A stretch of 64,000 nt of DNA from Sediminicola sp. (GCA_024643325.1 JAHEND010000002.1:172269-236268); one strand, 5' to 3'; counted from the first letter of the stretch, positions 39,510-52,069 are shown. Translations and numbers: made by a program. Notes: a model not told the origin generated them from the letters alone.

Positions 39510-41054
39510 CTATCTTATTTTTAACAAGGCTTTTTCTCTCATAATATCGGCCACAGGCCTACCACTTAAATGACTTTCTAACCAGGATAGAATATCTAAA
39601 TATAAAAAAGCCCTTTTCTCATAAGGATGGTCTTCGTAAACTTTAAGTTTGGTGTGCAATTTTTTAAATGCATCTTGTAAATCAGATGGGAATATTTGGT
39701 CCAAATTTCTCAAAAATACAATCATTTCTTTTTGCACTGCATGAAGGTCATTCATCTTTAATAGAAACTTGTAAGTACTTTTAAGTTGAATTTCCAAATG
39801 ATAATCCATCCCTGATTCATAATGAGCCACAAGGCTCAATACCCTTGCAAAACACATAAGGTCTTCTCGCATTTTAAGATGTTTGTTTTGAATTATTTTT
39901 TTTAAATAAACAATACAATTCTTGTGATCCCCTACCCCAAAATACAAACAGGCAATTTTATAATACAACAACATAATGTGATGTTGGTCCAACCTGTCTT
40001 GGTGTTTGTTTATCCCATAATTAATAGCTTGGACTAAATATAAACCTTGTTTAAAAGTGCCTTCCAGAAAATGAAGGTTCAATTTATTTGAATTCAAATA
40101 CAAAAATGACAGCGCGCTTATATTGTCATTTTTAGGAAAAAAGTCACTCTGCAATACCGCCTCCATATGGTCAAGTGTCTCTTTAAACTGAGAACTGTAC
40201 TTGACATAGAAAAGTGATTCTAACAAATAGTTATTTCCTTTAATGTAAAAGACAGGGTGTAACTGTATCATGTCTTTTTGTTCCGTGAATAACTGCACCC
40301 ATTTACTAGCAAATTTGTAACTAGAGAGGAAGTCTTGAGTGAGAAAACTATACCAAAGATGTGCTTTATACAACCATAGTTTCTCTCTAAAACCCAATTG
40401 GTCTATTTGGTGTTCTGGTAAATTTTCACGAAAATAAGAAGTGATTTTACTCAAGTCTTCATCTGACCTAGCATAGCCCACCTTAAGCATCATAGCATAT
40501 AATTCTAAGGACAAATTAGACAATTTGCTAGCCATACTGTTTTCAAAAGATAACCGGCTAGACTGTGTGACCAATTCTTGTGCTCTGTCTGGAATACTCC
40601 TGGTAATATATTGGGTTTCTATAACTTTTTCTAACTCAACTATCTCATATGCGATATTTTTTTCTTGTTGTTCAATAGCGAGTGTCTTGGCTTTCTCTAA
40701 TATTTTTAGGCTTTGTTTGTACAAGCCTTTTTGATACAAAATGGTCGCGAAATCCAGTTGTTCTCTTAGCTGAACCCTAATATTTTGATTAACTGGATTA
40801 AGTCTTAGCGATACTAATATTTGCTTGTATAAATGCGCTTTTAAATTAGATAATTGGGTTTTTTTGACAATACCATTCTCTAGAATTACAGCTTCTTCAT
40901 ATTGCTTTGCGCGATCTAAAAGATTAAATAAAGCCAAAAATTTCGCATCTGTGTTTACACCCAATCTACCTACATAAAGTTTGAATTGTCTTTTTTCAGA
41001 TTTTGAAAGTGATTTAACTAAAACAAATAAAGGGTCTTTATGTAGATTTGTCAT
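39510..41054 (-). CDS. Cytoplasmic all-helical (TPR-like) hypothetical protein
   Basis: 514-aa ORF without signal peptide; TPR-like helices; divergent from leuA. Confidence 0.7.
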   Translation of the reverse strand: MTNLHKDPLFVLVKSLSKSEKRQFKLYVGRLGVNTDAKFLALFNLLDRAKQYEEAVILENGIVKKTQLSNLKAHLYKQILVSLRLNPVNQNIRVQLREQLDFATILYQKGLYKQSLKILEKAKTLAIEQQEKNIAYEIVELEKVIETQYITRSIPDRAQELVTQSSRLSFENSMASKLSNLSLELYAMMLKVGYARSDEDLSKITSYFRENLPEHQIDQLGFREKLWLYKAHLWYSFLTQDFLSSYKFASKWVQLFTEQKDMIQLHPVFYIKGNNYLLESLFYVKYSSQFKETLDHMEAVLQSDFFPKNDNISALSFLYLNSNKLNLHFLEGTFKQGLYLVQAINYGINKHQDRLDQHHIMLLYYKIACLYFGVGDHKNCIVYLKKIIQNKHLKMREDLMCFARVLSLVAHYESGMDYHLEIQLKSTYKFLLKMNDLHAVQKEMIVFLRNLDQIFPSDLQDAFKKLHTKLKVYEDHPYEKRAFLYLDILSWLESHLSGRPVADIMREKALLKIR

Positions 41055-41198
41055 CGTATTATTAAAGTACTAATATATTGAATACAAGTAACTTAACAAA
41101 GGTCTATAGGTGCTGTGTATTGTAAAACAAATACTAAAATTCGGTTTACTCACTAGCAATTATTATCTTCGTTAGTAAGACCAAATTACGGAAATATA

Positions 41199-42359
41199 AT
41201 GAGTAAAGACAAGGTATTTATTTTTGACACCACTTTGAGAGATGGCGAACAGGTTCCTGGTTGTAAATTAGACACCCCTCAAAAACTAGAAATAGCTGCG
41301 AGACTAGACGAATTAGGTGTAGATATTATTGAAGCCGGCTTCCCTGTGTCTTCACCTGGTGATTTTAATTCAGTTAATTTAATATCAAAATTAGTAAAAA
41401 ATGCATCTGTCTGTGGATTGACTAGAGCTGTTAGAAAAGATATTGAAGTAGCTGCTGAAGCGCTTAAATATGCTAAAAAGCCTAGAATTCATACCGGTAT
41501 TGGGACGTCTGATTCACACATAAAATTTAAATTCAATTCCAATAAAGATGCTATCATTGAAAGGGCTGTTGCCGCAGTTTCTTATGCCAAAACTTTTGTT
41601 GAGGATGTTGAGTTTTATGCTGAGGATGCTGGTAGAACAGAAAATGAGTTTTTGGCTAGGGTATGTGAAGCTGTCATAAAAGCTGGTGCTACAGTACTTA
41701 ATATTCCCGACACCACCGGATATTGTTTACCTGAGGAATACGGTGCTAAAATTAAATATTTAAAAGAAAATGTAACAGGTGTTCATAAAGCAGTTTTGTC
41801 TTGCCATTGTCACAATGACCTTGGGTTGGCTACTGCAAATGCAATTGCGGGAATCCAAAATGGGGCAAGACAGATTGAGTGTACTATAAATGGCATTGGA
41901 GAAAGAGCTGGAAATACTGCGCTAGAAGAAGTTGTGATGATTATGAGACAGCACCCCAATTTAATGTTAGACACTAATGTTAACAGCCGGTTACTCAATG
42001 ATACCAGTATTATGGTTTCTAGAAATATGGGGATGATGGTTCAGCCTAATAAGGCTATTGTTGGTGCAAATGCGTTTGCTCACAGTTCTGGTATTCATCA
42101 AGATGGTGTCATTAAAAACAGGGAGACTTACGAAATTATTGACCCTGCTGAAGTAGGCGTTACAGAATCTTCCATTGTTTTAACTGCCAGAAGTGGCAGG
42201 GCTGCTTTGGCATATAGATCAAAAAATGTGGGTTATGAGCTTACTAAGACACAATTAGATAAAATTTATGCGTTGTTTTTGGATTATGCAGATTCTCATA
42301 AAGAGGTTACAGATGAAGGAATTCACGAAATAATGGCTCAATCAGGATTTGAATTTTAA
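41199..42359 (+). CDS. leuA: 2-isopropylmalate synthase, short form without C-terminal regulatory domain
   Basis: [34 protein letters not shown]; only 386 aa. Confidence 0.88.
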   Translation: MSKDKVFIFDTTLRDGEQVPGCKLDTPQKLEIAARLDELGVDIIEAGFPVSSPGDFNSVNLISKLVKNASVCGLTRAVRKDIEVAAEALKYAKKPRIHTGIGTSDSHIKFKFNSNKDAIIERAVAAVSYAKTFVEDVEFYAEDAGRTENEFLARVCEAVIKAGATVLNIPDTTGYCLPEEYGAKIKYLKENVTGVHKAVLSCHCHNDLGLATANAIAGIQNGARQIECTINGIGERAGNTALEEVVMIMRQHPNLMLDTNVNSRLLNDTSIMVSRNMGMMVQPNKAIVGANAFAHSSGIHQDGVIKNRETYEIIDPAEVGVTESSIVLTARSGRAALAYRSKNVGYELTKTQLDKIYALFLDYADSHKEVTDEGIHEIMAQSGFEF

Positions 42360-42383
42360 TGTGTTGCTAAATATTGAAAATTT

Positions 42384-43454
42384 ATGAACTTAAAGGTAGC
42401 GCTTTTAACACGTCAAGGAGAGGAAAACACCGCCATGGATCAGGTTGTTAAATGTATTCGCGCTATTGAAGAAAACTACAACCATCTTTTTACAATACAA
42501 ACTTTTACACCTGAGTTTAGAAATAATTTGACTCTATTGGACCAAGCAACCATCAATAGTTGTAAAAATTCAGATGCTATATTAAGTGCATTTCCTGTTT
42601 CAAAAAATGCATATCACATTTCAAAAGAAGGTATTAAAACTAATATGCTTGATATTTTTGATTGTTATGCAAGTGTTTTACCTACTCTCCCCTTCCCAAA
42701 GCAAGTTAATTTAGGGGAATATGCTTCGGATAAAAATGTAGATATTGTAGTTTTTTCTGCACTTAAAGCAGGAAAATATGATGCTATAGAAATGGCCACT
42801 AAGTCTGGTGTAGATACCTTTCACTCCAATATTCAAAGTGTTAATCAACTGTTTCATTTAGCTTTTAAGACCGCAAAAAATAGAAAACAAAAATTACATA
42901 TTGCTATACCTGAAGGGCCGTATAAAAAATCTATTTGGGCAAAATCTGTGGCTGAAATCGCCCCAAGTTACCCCATGGTTAAGACATTTATGTGTGATAT
43001 TTCTGTTATCATACAAACTGTATTGAAATCCCCTGAAAACTTAGATTGTATTTTTACTGATCGAGCTCATGGGAAAATCTTAAACAGTTTAAATAATAAT
43101 TTATTTGGACTAGATAAACTACTTCCCAATGGTCATATGGGAATTGGCGTAAATCTTTTTGAACCATTAGAGGAAATAAACAGTTCACTTAAAAATAGAA
43201 GTAATCCTATCCCTCTAATCTATTCTTTGGCATTACTCCTCTCTAGATTTGGGCTGCAAGAAGAAGCTGGAGCCATTCAAATGGCTGTTAATAGTGCTGG
43301 TGAAAGGGCTATGTTCACTTGCTCAGACACGTTGCCAAATGGCATTAACTGTGACCAATTAGGTGACTATTTGGCTGCTGCTATTATTGATTCAGAAGAC
43401 ATAGGAGTGTTGAATGACGAGAATATAGATCTAGGAAAATCTACCATTATTTAG
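42384..43454 (+). CDS. 3-isopropylmalate dehydrogenase-like protein with degenerate active site
   Basis: Colinear with LeuB (CKNSDAIL, LFEP, NPI..I.S.ALLL) but most catalytic and metal motifs are replaced. Confidence 0.75.
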   Translation: MNLKVALLTRQGEENTAMDQVVKCIRAIEENYNHLFTIQTFTPEFRNNLTLLDQATINSCKNSDAILSAFPVSKNAYHISKEGIKTNMLDIFDCYASVLPTLPFPKQVNLGEYASDKNVDIVVFSALKAGKYDAIEMATKSGVDTFHSNIQSVNQLFHLAFKTAKNRKQKLHIAIPEGPYKKSIWAKSVAEIAPSYPMVKTFMCDISVIIQTVLKSPENLDCIFTDRAHGKILNSLNNNLFGLDKLLPNGHMGIGVNLFEPLEEINSSLKNRSNPIPLIYSLALLLSRFGLQEEAGAIQMAVNSAGERAMFTCSDTLPNGINCDQLGDYLAAAIIDSEDIGVLNDENIDLGKSTII

Positions 43455-43605
43455 ATCAGTCTTTTTCCAAATTAAATGACCCCATAGTTGGTTGCTTACA
43501 AAAAAAGCTTAGTCTTAGATGCAACAAATTCTTACATTTTATAGACTTACATAGGACCCCTATAAGTTGCAATGTTTATATTTGTTGCTTTATTATTACA
43601 CTACT

Positions 43606-46032
43606 ATGAAAATATCATACAACTGGCTTAAAGAATTTATTGCAACTGATTGGAATGTAGAAAAAACATCACAATTATTGACAGATTTAGGCCTTGAAGT
43701 AGAGGGCGTAGTACCTTTTGAATCTATCAAAGGAGGCTTACAAGGAGTTGTAGTTGGACATGTACTGAGTTGTGAAAAGCATCCTAACGCAGATAAATTA
43801 CAATTGACTAAAGTATCTATAGGAAACGACACTACCTTACAAATTGTATGTGGCGCTCCTAACGTTACTAAGGGAATTAAAGTTGCTGTAGCCACAATTG
43901 GAACTACATTATATACTCCTGAAGGAGAAGCTTGGGTTATAAAAAAAGGTAAAATTCGAGGAGAGGAAAGCCATGGTATGCTTTGTTCTGAAAATGAGCT
44001 TGGATTAGGACAAAATCATGATGGTATTTTAATTTTGGAAAACGACCTCAAAGAAGGTACCCCATGTAGTAGTGTATTTAATGTAGTGAGGGATGAGGTT
44101 ATTGAAATTGGATTAACACCTAATCGGGCAGACGCCATGAGTCATTTTGGTGTAGCTAGAGATTTAAAAGCTGGTTTAAAACAACAAGGTATATCTAAAG
44201 AACTTATCACTCCTTCAGTGATGCAGTTTTCTGTTGACAATAGGCTTTCTACTATTCAAGTTAAGGTAGACACACCAGAATTAGCTCCACGATATTCTGG
44301 TATTACTATTAGTAATTTAACAGTAAAGGAAAGTCCTGATTGGATAAAAAACAGGCTTAAGGCTATTGGGCTTAATCCTATTAACAATGTTGTGGATGCA
44401 ACAAATTATGTAATGCATGAATTAGGTCAACCATTACACGCTTTTGATTTAGATAAAATTGAAGGAAAAAAAATAATCGTTAAAACACTTAAGGAAGGGA
44501 CTAATTTTACTACACTAGACGGGATTGAAAGACAGTTATCTTCTGAAGATTTAATGATTTGTGACGCAAAAAAACCCATGTGTTTAGCGGGTGTTTTTGG
44601 AGGGCAAGACTCAGGAGTTAGTGAAAAAACATCAGCTATTTTCCTAGAATCTGCCTATTTCAATCCAGTTTCTATTAGAAAATCAGCCAAGAGGCATGGG
44701 CTGAGCACAGATGCCTCTTTTAGGTTTGAACGAGGTATTGATATTAACCTTGTAGAAGAAGCTTTAAAAAGAGCAGCGCTACTCATTAAAGAATTAGCAG
44801 GGGGACAAATCAGTTCGGATATTGTAGATCTATACCCAAAAAAAGAGGAAAATTACCAGGTTTTTTTGACCTTTAAGAGAATATATTCACTCATAGGAGA
44901 AGAAATCCCTACAGACACTATTAAGAGTATTTTAAGTTCATTAGAGATTCGTGTAAATAATGTGACAGAATCTGGACTAGGGTTAACCATCCCTTTTTAT
45001 AGAGTAGATGTTCAAAGAGAAGTAGACGTTATTGAAGAAATTTTGAGGGTTTATGGCTACAACAATATTCATTTCTCAAAAAAAATAAATGCTTCTATCG
45101 CTTTTACAGATCCAAAATCAGATCATATTATTCAAAATAAAATTGGTGATTCATTAGCAGCTCAAGGATTTCATGAGATTTTAACCAACTCCCTCACTTC
45201 TCCTAAGCCACTACAATATACTCAAGATATTGACCTACAACAGTCAGTAAATATATTAAATCCATTGAGTAATGACTTAAGTATATTAAAAACTTCAATG
45301 TTGTTTACGGGCTTAGAAACTGTTTCCTATAATATTAATAGAAAAACAAATCGTTTAAAACTATTTGAATTTGGTAAGACTTACCACCAAATCGAAGAAA
45401 ATAGAATAGAACATAAGCATTTAAGCATCTTAATGACGGGAAAAAAAGCTACTGAGAATTGGTTAAGTTCAGGTGAAAAGTTTAGCTTCTTTGACCTTAA
45501 ATCTATTGTAGAAAACATATTGGAAAGGTTAGGTATTCAAAAATGGAAAATCTCAAAAGCCTCTTCTGACCTTTTTTCAGAAGGTATAAGTTACAATGGC
45601 AGAAAGGAAACTCTTGTTACCTTTGGGGTACTCTCCAATAAGCTTCTTAAAAAATTAGACATAAAACAGGAAGTTCTTTATGCTGATTTTAATTGGGATT
45701 CAATTCTTAAATCTCTTACAAAAGAAGCAATGAAATTTAAAGAAATTCCTAAGTTTCCTGAAGTATCTAGAGATTTCGCCCTATTGATCAAAAACAATGT
45801 AACTTTTGAACAGGTAGCTAAAACTGCTAAAAACACTGAAAAAAAATATTTAAAAGAGGTAGGGTTATTCGATGTATATACAGGAAATAATTTACCCGAA
45901 GGCACTAAGTCTTATGGTGTTAATTTTATACTCCAAGACCCAAATGCTACACTAGAAGAAAAGCAAATAGACAAAATAATGCAAAAGCTCCAATCTGCTT
46001 TTGAAAAAGACTTGGAAGCTACGCTTAGATAA
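43606..46032 (+). CDS. pheT: Phenylalanine--tRNA ligase beta subunit
   Basis: MKISYNWL, HPNADKL, TPNRAD, RFERG, FPEVSRD; TATATTTG box at 43577-43584. Confidence 0.97.
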   Translation: MKISYNWLKEFIATDWNVEKTSQLLTDLGLEVEGVVPFESIKGGLQGVVVGHVLSCEKHPNADKLQLTKVSIGNDTTLQIVCGAPNVTKGIKVAVATIGTTLYTPEGEAWVIKKGKIRGEESHGMLCSENELGLGQNHDGILILENDLKEGTPCSSVFNVVRDEVIEIGLTPNRADAMSHFGVARDLKAGLKQQGISKELITPSVMQFSVDNRLSTIQVKVDTPELAPRYSGITISNLTVKESPDWIKNRLKAIGLNPINNVVDATNYVMHELGQPLHAFDLDKIEGKKIIVKTLKEGTNFTTLDGIERQLSSEDLMICDAKKPMCLAGVFGGQDSGVSEKTSAIFLESAYFNPVSIRKSAKRHGLSTDASFRFERGIDINLVEEALKRAALLIKELAGGQISSDIVDLYPKKEENYQVFLTFKRIYSLIGEEIPTDTIKSILSSLEIRVNNVTESGLGLTIPFYRVDVQREVDVIEEILRVYGYNNIHFSKKINASIAFTDPKSDHIIQNKIGDSLAAQGFHEILTNSLTSPKPLQYTQDIDLQQSVNILNPLSNDLSILKTSMLFTGLETVSYNINRKTNRLKLFEFGKTYHQIEENRIEHKHLSILMTGKKATENWLSSGEKFSFFDLKSIVENILERLGIQKWKISKASSDLFSEGISYNGRKETLVTFGVLSNKLLKKLDIKQEVLYADFNWDSILKSLTKEAMKFKEIPKFPEVSRDFALLIKNNVTFEQVAKTAKNTEKKYLKEVGLFDVYTGNNLPEGTKSYGVNFILQDPNATLEEKQIDKIMQKLQSAFEKDLEATLR

Positions 46033-46064
46033 AAAAAACGCCTTCTTAAAGAAGGCTTTTTTTT
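46031..46064. terminator. Bidirectional intrinsic terminator
   Basis: A8-C-GCCTTCT-TAA-AGAAGGC-T8. Confidence 0.85.
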
Positions 46065-46071
46065 ACTAAGA

Positions 46072-47727
<1,656 letters not shown>

Positions 47728-47877
47728 TTATATTTTGCTGGGCTTTGTTTATGGCTACTAATAAATAAGAATAGTCATAAAGCGGGGTCATATTAAGAAG
47801 CTAGCATTAGGTTTTTTAACTTGACCTTAACAATATTGGCTATCGTCCATTTGTACCTTTGTGTCATAGGATTATTT

Positions 47878-49260
47878 ATGAAAAAAGGATTCTTAATATT
47901 AGTCTGCGTGTTAGCATACAGTTGTGGTGTTATTGATAAGCGCCCCTCTCCCGTATATTTTGGGGGAGAAATTGTCAATCCTACTAATCCTTATGTGGTG
48001 TTGTTTAAAGACGACCAAGTCATTGATTCTGCCAAATTAGACAGAAGCAATCGCTTTAAAATTAATTTTATAGCCGAATCTGAGGGACTTTACCACTTTG
48101 ATCACAGTCCTCAGTTTCATTATGTATATTTAGAAAAAGGAGATAGTCTTAATCTGAGACTTAATACTTTAGAATTTGATGAATCTATTGTGTTTTCTGG
48201 TAAAGGAGAAGAAATTAACAATTTTATTGTAGAATTATTCCTTGCAAATGAGGAAGACAATCGAATTGTAGATCTATATTTTCAATTAGAACCAGTTGTG
48301 TTCAATGAAAAAATTGAATCCATAAGACATGAGAAACTGCAACAACTATCCTCACTTCTCAAAGAGGTATCTCTATCTCCTAGAGCTACTGCATTAATTA
48401 ATGCAACTATAGATTACAATGCATTTATCTACAAAGAAAAATATCCTTTTTACCACAAGAGAGCGACACATGAGGAAAACCTACACAATATTCCTTCCAA
48501 ATTTTATTCCTACAGAAAAGAGCTGAGTCTAAATAACAAAGACCTCATTTACTTTAGGCCTTATTATAACTTCATGAAATACCATTTAGGTAATTTGGCC
48601 TTTATGGAATGTAAAGAAATTTGTACAAACAACTCAGATACCAAAGGGGCCATTCATTTTAACGAGCACAAGCTAAAACTTATAGACAGTTTAATTCAGG
48701 AGAAAAAATTAAAAGACAATCTTTACAGAAATGTAGTGATGCACTATTTACTTAAGGTAAGAGATACTCCAGAAAACACTTTGAGTTTTATGGAGACATT
48801 TAAAGCATACAGCCCGGGTAATACACATATGGATGAAATTGACCAATTGTATAATGATATTAATAACCTACAGCCCAATAATAGCATTCCTAATCTTATG
48901 GTCCAAAATTCAGATGGAAAGTCTATAGGATTGAATGACATTTCTAAAGATAAAAAAGTGATTTTTTACTTCTGGAGTGCCAAACATGAAAACCATTTTA
49001 AGAATGTTCAAGCAAGACTAAACTCTATAGCCTCTCAATATCCGGAACATACTTTTATAGGCATTAATAGAGGCACAAACTATAATGAATGGCAAAGCAT
49101 GATGGAGCAATACAAACTAAACAAAGCGAATCAATACAGGTCGGAAGATTATGAAATGCTCAAAACGAGTTTGGTTATTGACCACATGAACAAAAGCATT
49201 ATCATTGAAAACGGACGTATTGTAAATGGTTTTGCTGATATTTTAAATCTGAACTACTAA
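47878..49260 (+). CDS. Lipoprotein with C-terminal TlpA/thioredoxin-like domain lacking CxxC
   Basis: Lipobox AYS-C; [15 protein letters not shown] where WCxxC is expected; TACCTTTG box at 47854-47861. Confidence 0.7.
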   Translation: MKKGFLILVCVLAYSCGVIDKRPSPVYFGGEIVNPTNPYVVLFKDDQVIDSAKLDRSNRFKINFIAESEGLYHFDHSPQFHYVYLEKGDSLNLRLNTLEFDESIVFSGKGEEINNFIVELFLANEEDNRIVDLYFQLEPVVFNEKIESIRHEKLQQLSSLLKEVSLSPRATALINATIDYNAFIYKEKYPFYHKRATHEENLHNIPSKFYSYRKELSLNNKDLIYFRPYYNFMKYHLGNLAFMECKEICTNNSDTKGAIHFNEHKLKLIDSLIQEKKLKDNLYRNVVMHYLLKVRDTPENTLSFMETFKAYSPGNTHMDEIDQLYNDINNLQPNNSIPNLMVQNSDGKSIGLNDISKDKKVIFYFWSAKHENHFKNVQARLNSIASQYPEHTFIGINRGTNYNEWQSMMEQYKLNKANQYRSEDYEMLKTSLVIDHMNKSIIIENGRIVNGFADILNLNY

Positions 49261-49910
49261 TTACCTTTTTTGTAGTCTGCTAAAAATTGAGCCAAACCTA
49301 TATCTGTTAATGGGTGCTTTAACAAACCTTCTATCGAAGACAATGGTCCGGTCATAACGTCTGCTCCAAGCTTGGCGCAATCAATGACATGCATGGTATG
49401 TCTTACAGATGCTGCTAATATTTGAGTCTCAAAAGTATAATTGTCATACACCTGTCTTATTTCAGCTATGAGATTTAAACCATCTGTAGCAATGTCGTCC
49501 AAACGACCGATAAATGGAGAGACATAAGTTGCTCCAGCTTTTGCAGCTAATAGCGCCTGACCAACAGAAAAGACCAAAGTACAGTTGGTTTTAATTCCTT
49601 TGTCTGAAAAATATTTAATCGCTTTTATACCTTCTTTGATCATGGGCACTTTTACTACAATTTGTGGATGTAACGCTGCTAAAGCTTCTCCTTCTTTAAC
49701 CATGCCATCAAAATCTGTTGCAATAACTTCTGCAGAAACATCTCCTGATACAATATCACATATAGCCACATAATGCTTTAAAATATTGTCATTCCCTGTA
49801 ATGCCTTCTTTAGCCATTAAAGAAGGATTGGTGGTTACACCGTCTAAAATACCTAAGTCTTGAGCTTCTTTAATCTGATCTAAATTGGCCGTGTCTATAA
49901 AAAATTTCAT
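49257..49910 (-). CDS. tal: Transaldolase (short FSA/TalC type)
   Basis: [39 protein letters not shown]. Confidence 0.92.
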   Translation of the reverse strand: MKFFIDTANLDQIKEAQDLGILDGVTTNPSLMAKEGITGNDNILKHYVAICDIVSGDVSAEVIATDFDGMVKEGEALAALHPQIVVKVPMIKEGIKAIKYFSDKGIKTNCTLVFSVGQALLAAKAGATYVSPFIGRLDDIATDGLNLIAEIRQVYDNYTFETQILAASVRHTMHVIDCAKLGADVMTGPLSSIEGLLKHPLTDIGLAQFLADYKKGN

Positions 49911-49988
49911 GTGATTTGTTTTAAAGGAAAGGGTTAATGAATGTTATAAAGATTAAATATAAGTCATTGTATTTAATCAAAAAATAAT

Positions 49989-50801
49989 TTACAAGTTATA
50001 ATGTTTTGAAAGCATCTTTTCGAATACTTTGCTAGGTAGAAGTTTTTTGAGTACTAAAGAAAATTTCTGCAATGGACTCCCTACCACATAATGAACTTTT
50101 GGCTGCTTGGTATTCATTATTTTGTATACAGATTTCGCAACTTCAATTGGATCTGAGCCTTCGGAAACATCTGTATTCATCTGATCGAGATTCTGCTGGT
50201 AGAAAGGATGGTATGGGGATGTTTTTTTAGCGGCTACGTGGTATCGGCCAGCGGCAATATTAGTAGCAAAGTCACCTGGGGCTAAAGTACAGCAGTGAAC
50301 ACCAAAAGGCTTGAGTTCCATGCTATAAGTCTCTGTAATAATACTCAAAGAAGCTTTTGAAGCGGAGTAAATACCTCTATATGGTAATCCCATCGCTCCA
50401 GCAATGGATGTAATATTAATAATCAATCCAGATTGCTGCTTTCTCATAGCAGGCAATACTGCTTCAATGACCCGCATTGGTCCTTTGAAATTTGTATCGT
50501 AACAATGGTCAATAGCCTCGTATGGAGTCTCTTCTAAGGGACCTGTGATACCCACTCCAGCATTATTTATCAGAACATCTATACGTCCAGAAAGGGATAA
50601 GACTTCATTCACAGCAGACTGTATTGTATCTGGTTTAGAAACATCTAAGGCGAGTAAACTAAAATGGTTAAAATCTTTGTATTGGTCTGGATTTCTTGCA
50701 GTTCCATATACTTTGCAACCTTTTTCAGTGAGGTAAATACCAATGGATTTTCCAATTCCTGAAGAAGCACCTGTGATAAAAATTATGGAGAGGGGTTTCA
50801 T
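49989..50801 (-). CDS. Classical SDR oxidoreductase
   Basis: TGASSGIG, NNAG, YSASK. Confidence 0.9.
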   Translation of the reverse strand: MKPLSIIFITGASSGIGKSIGIYLTEKGCKVYGTARNPDQYKDFNHFSLLALDVSKPDTIQSAVNEVLSLSGRIDVLINNAGVGITGPLEETPYEAIDHCYDTNFKGPMRVIEAVLPAMRKQQSGLIINITSIAGAMGLPYRGIYSASKASLSIITETYSMELKPFGVHCCTLAPGDFATNIAAGRYHVAAKKTSPYHPFYQQNLDQMNTDVSEGSDPIEVAKSVYKIMNTKQPKVHYVVGSPLQKFSLVLKKLLPSKVFEKMLSKHYNL

Positions 50802-50833
50802 ATCTGTTTATGTAAACAAAGAAACAAAAAAAA

Positions 50834-50929
50834 GGGCAAGCTACCTACATCGCACCGCTACAACCACATACCCTTGCTGTGTTCCCACCCTGGGGGATTC
50901 TGTAGGAGCTGGTCGTATAGGACTTGCCC
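50834..50929 (-). ncRNA. ffs: Signal recognition particle (4.5S) RNA
   Basis: Long hairpin GGGCAAG...CTTGCCC with CCAGG-GTG-GGAA-CAC-AGCAA helix-8 motif; TATATTTG box at 50933-50940; T-run downstream. Confidence 0.9.
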
Positions 50930-51028
50930 ATGCAAATATAATTAAACCTTAAAGCTTTCCGAATTTTTTAGGGATCATTTTAACATCTAATTTATATTAA
51001 ATACCTTGTGAATTATAAATATACTATA

Positions 51029-52069
51029 ATGAAAATACCTAAAATATTAAGCCTCAGTTTTTTAAGCATTCTTATGTTTGCTTGTAGTGGGACTCAAAAA
51101 AAATTACTTCCCTACAGTTTAAAATTATCTAATAAAGACAAGCGCTATAAGCATGGAGATTGGGCTGGTTTTAAAGTAATATCTAATGTAGATAAGGCCC
51201 CCGAAACCCTAAAGTTTTTTCTAGATGGAAATGCTTTAGAGACTAAAGGAGATAGTGTTAAACTCATAGCAAATAGCCTGGGAAACAAAACTTTAGAGTT
51301 GAGGATTAGCGGAGAGAACAATACCTATAAGCTTTCTGAAAAAATTAAAATTTTTGCAGAAAAAGGACCGGATCTTTACACTTATACTATACTAAACACT
51401 TTCCCTCACGACATAAACGCCTACACTCAAGGTCTAGAGTTTTACAAAGACACTTTATATGAAAGCACAGGACTTAGGGGATTCTCTAGCCTCAGAAAAG
51501 TAGATTTTAAAACAGGTAAAATACTCAAGAAATTAGATCTTCCAGAAGCTATATTTGGGGAAGGAATTACCATTTTGAACGACCGTATTTATATGCTGTC
51601 CTGGCAAAGTGGAAAAGGCTTTGTATTCGATCCCGCAACTTTTAAAGAGCTGTCTCAATTCTCTTACGGCCAAAGCAAAGAAGGATGGGGACTCTGTAAC
51701 GACGGTGAAAAACTCTTTAAGAGTGATGGCTCTCAAAAAATTTGGTTTTTAGACCCTCAAAACCTTAGTGAGGTGAGTCATATTGAATTAGCTACCAACA
51801 AAAGCTTTTTTAAGAACACCAATGAGTTGGAATATGTCAATGGTCTTATTTATGCTAATGTATACTTAAAGGAAAGTGTCATGGTAATTAACGCTACATC
51901 AGGTGCCATAGAAGGCGTGGTTAATTTTGCTGGATTAAAAAAACTAGTCACCTCCCACCCTGAGCTAGATGTTCTCAATGGAATTGCTTACCATCCGAAA
52001 AGAGGCACTTTTTTTGTCACGGGAAAAAAATGGGACAAAATGTTTGAAGTACGTATAGAGAAGAAATAA
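51029..52069 (+). CDS. Glutaminyl-peptide cyclotransferase (beta-propeller type), lipoprotein
   Basis: Lipobox MFA-C; YTQGL, ESTG, FGEGI, EGWGL, NELE, VLNGIA, TGK.W. Confidence 0.9.
   Translation: MKIPKILSLSFLSILMFACSGTQKKLLPYSLKLSNKDKRYKHGDWAGFKVISNVDKAPETLKFFLDGNALETKGDSVKLIANSLGNKTLELRISGENNTYKLSEKIKIFAEKGPDLYTYTILNTFPHDINAYTQGLEFYKDTLYESTGLRGFSSLRKVDFKTGKILKKLDLPEAIFGEGITILNDRIYMLSWQSGKGFVFDPATFKELSQFSYGQSKEGWGLCNDGEKLFKSDGSQKIWFLDPQNLSEVSHIELATNKSFFKNTNELEYVNGLIYANVYLKESVMVINATSGAIEGVVNFAGLKKLVTSHPELDVLNGIAYHPKRGTFFVTGKKWDKMFEVRIEKK

Noticed and set aside
50743-50952. 69-aa + strand ORF
   Set aside because: Overlaps the SRP RNA and the SDR start on the opposite strand; explained by ffs.
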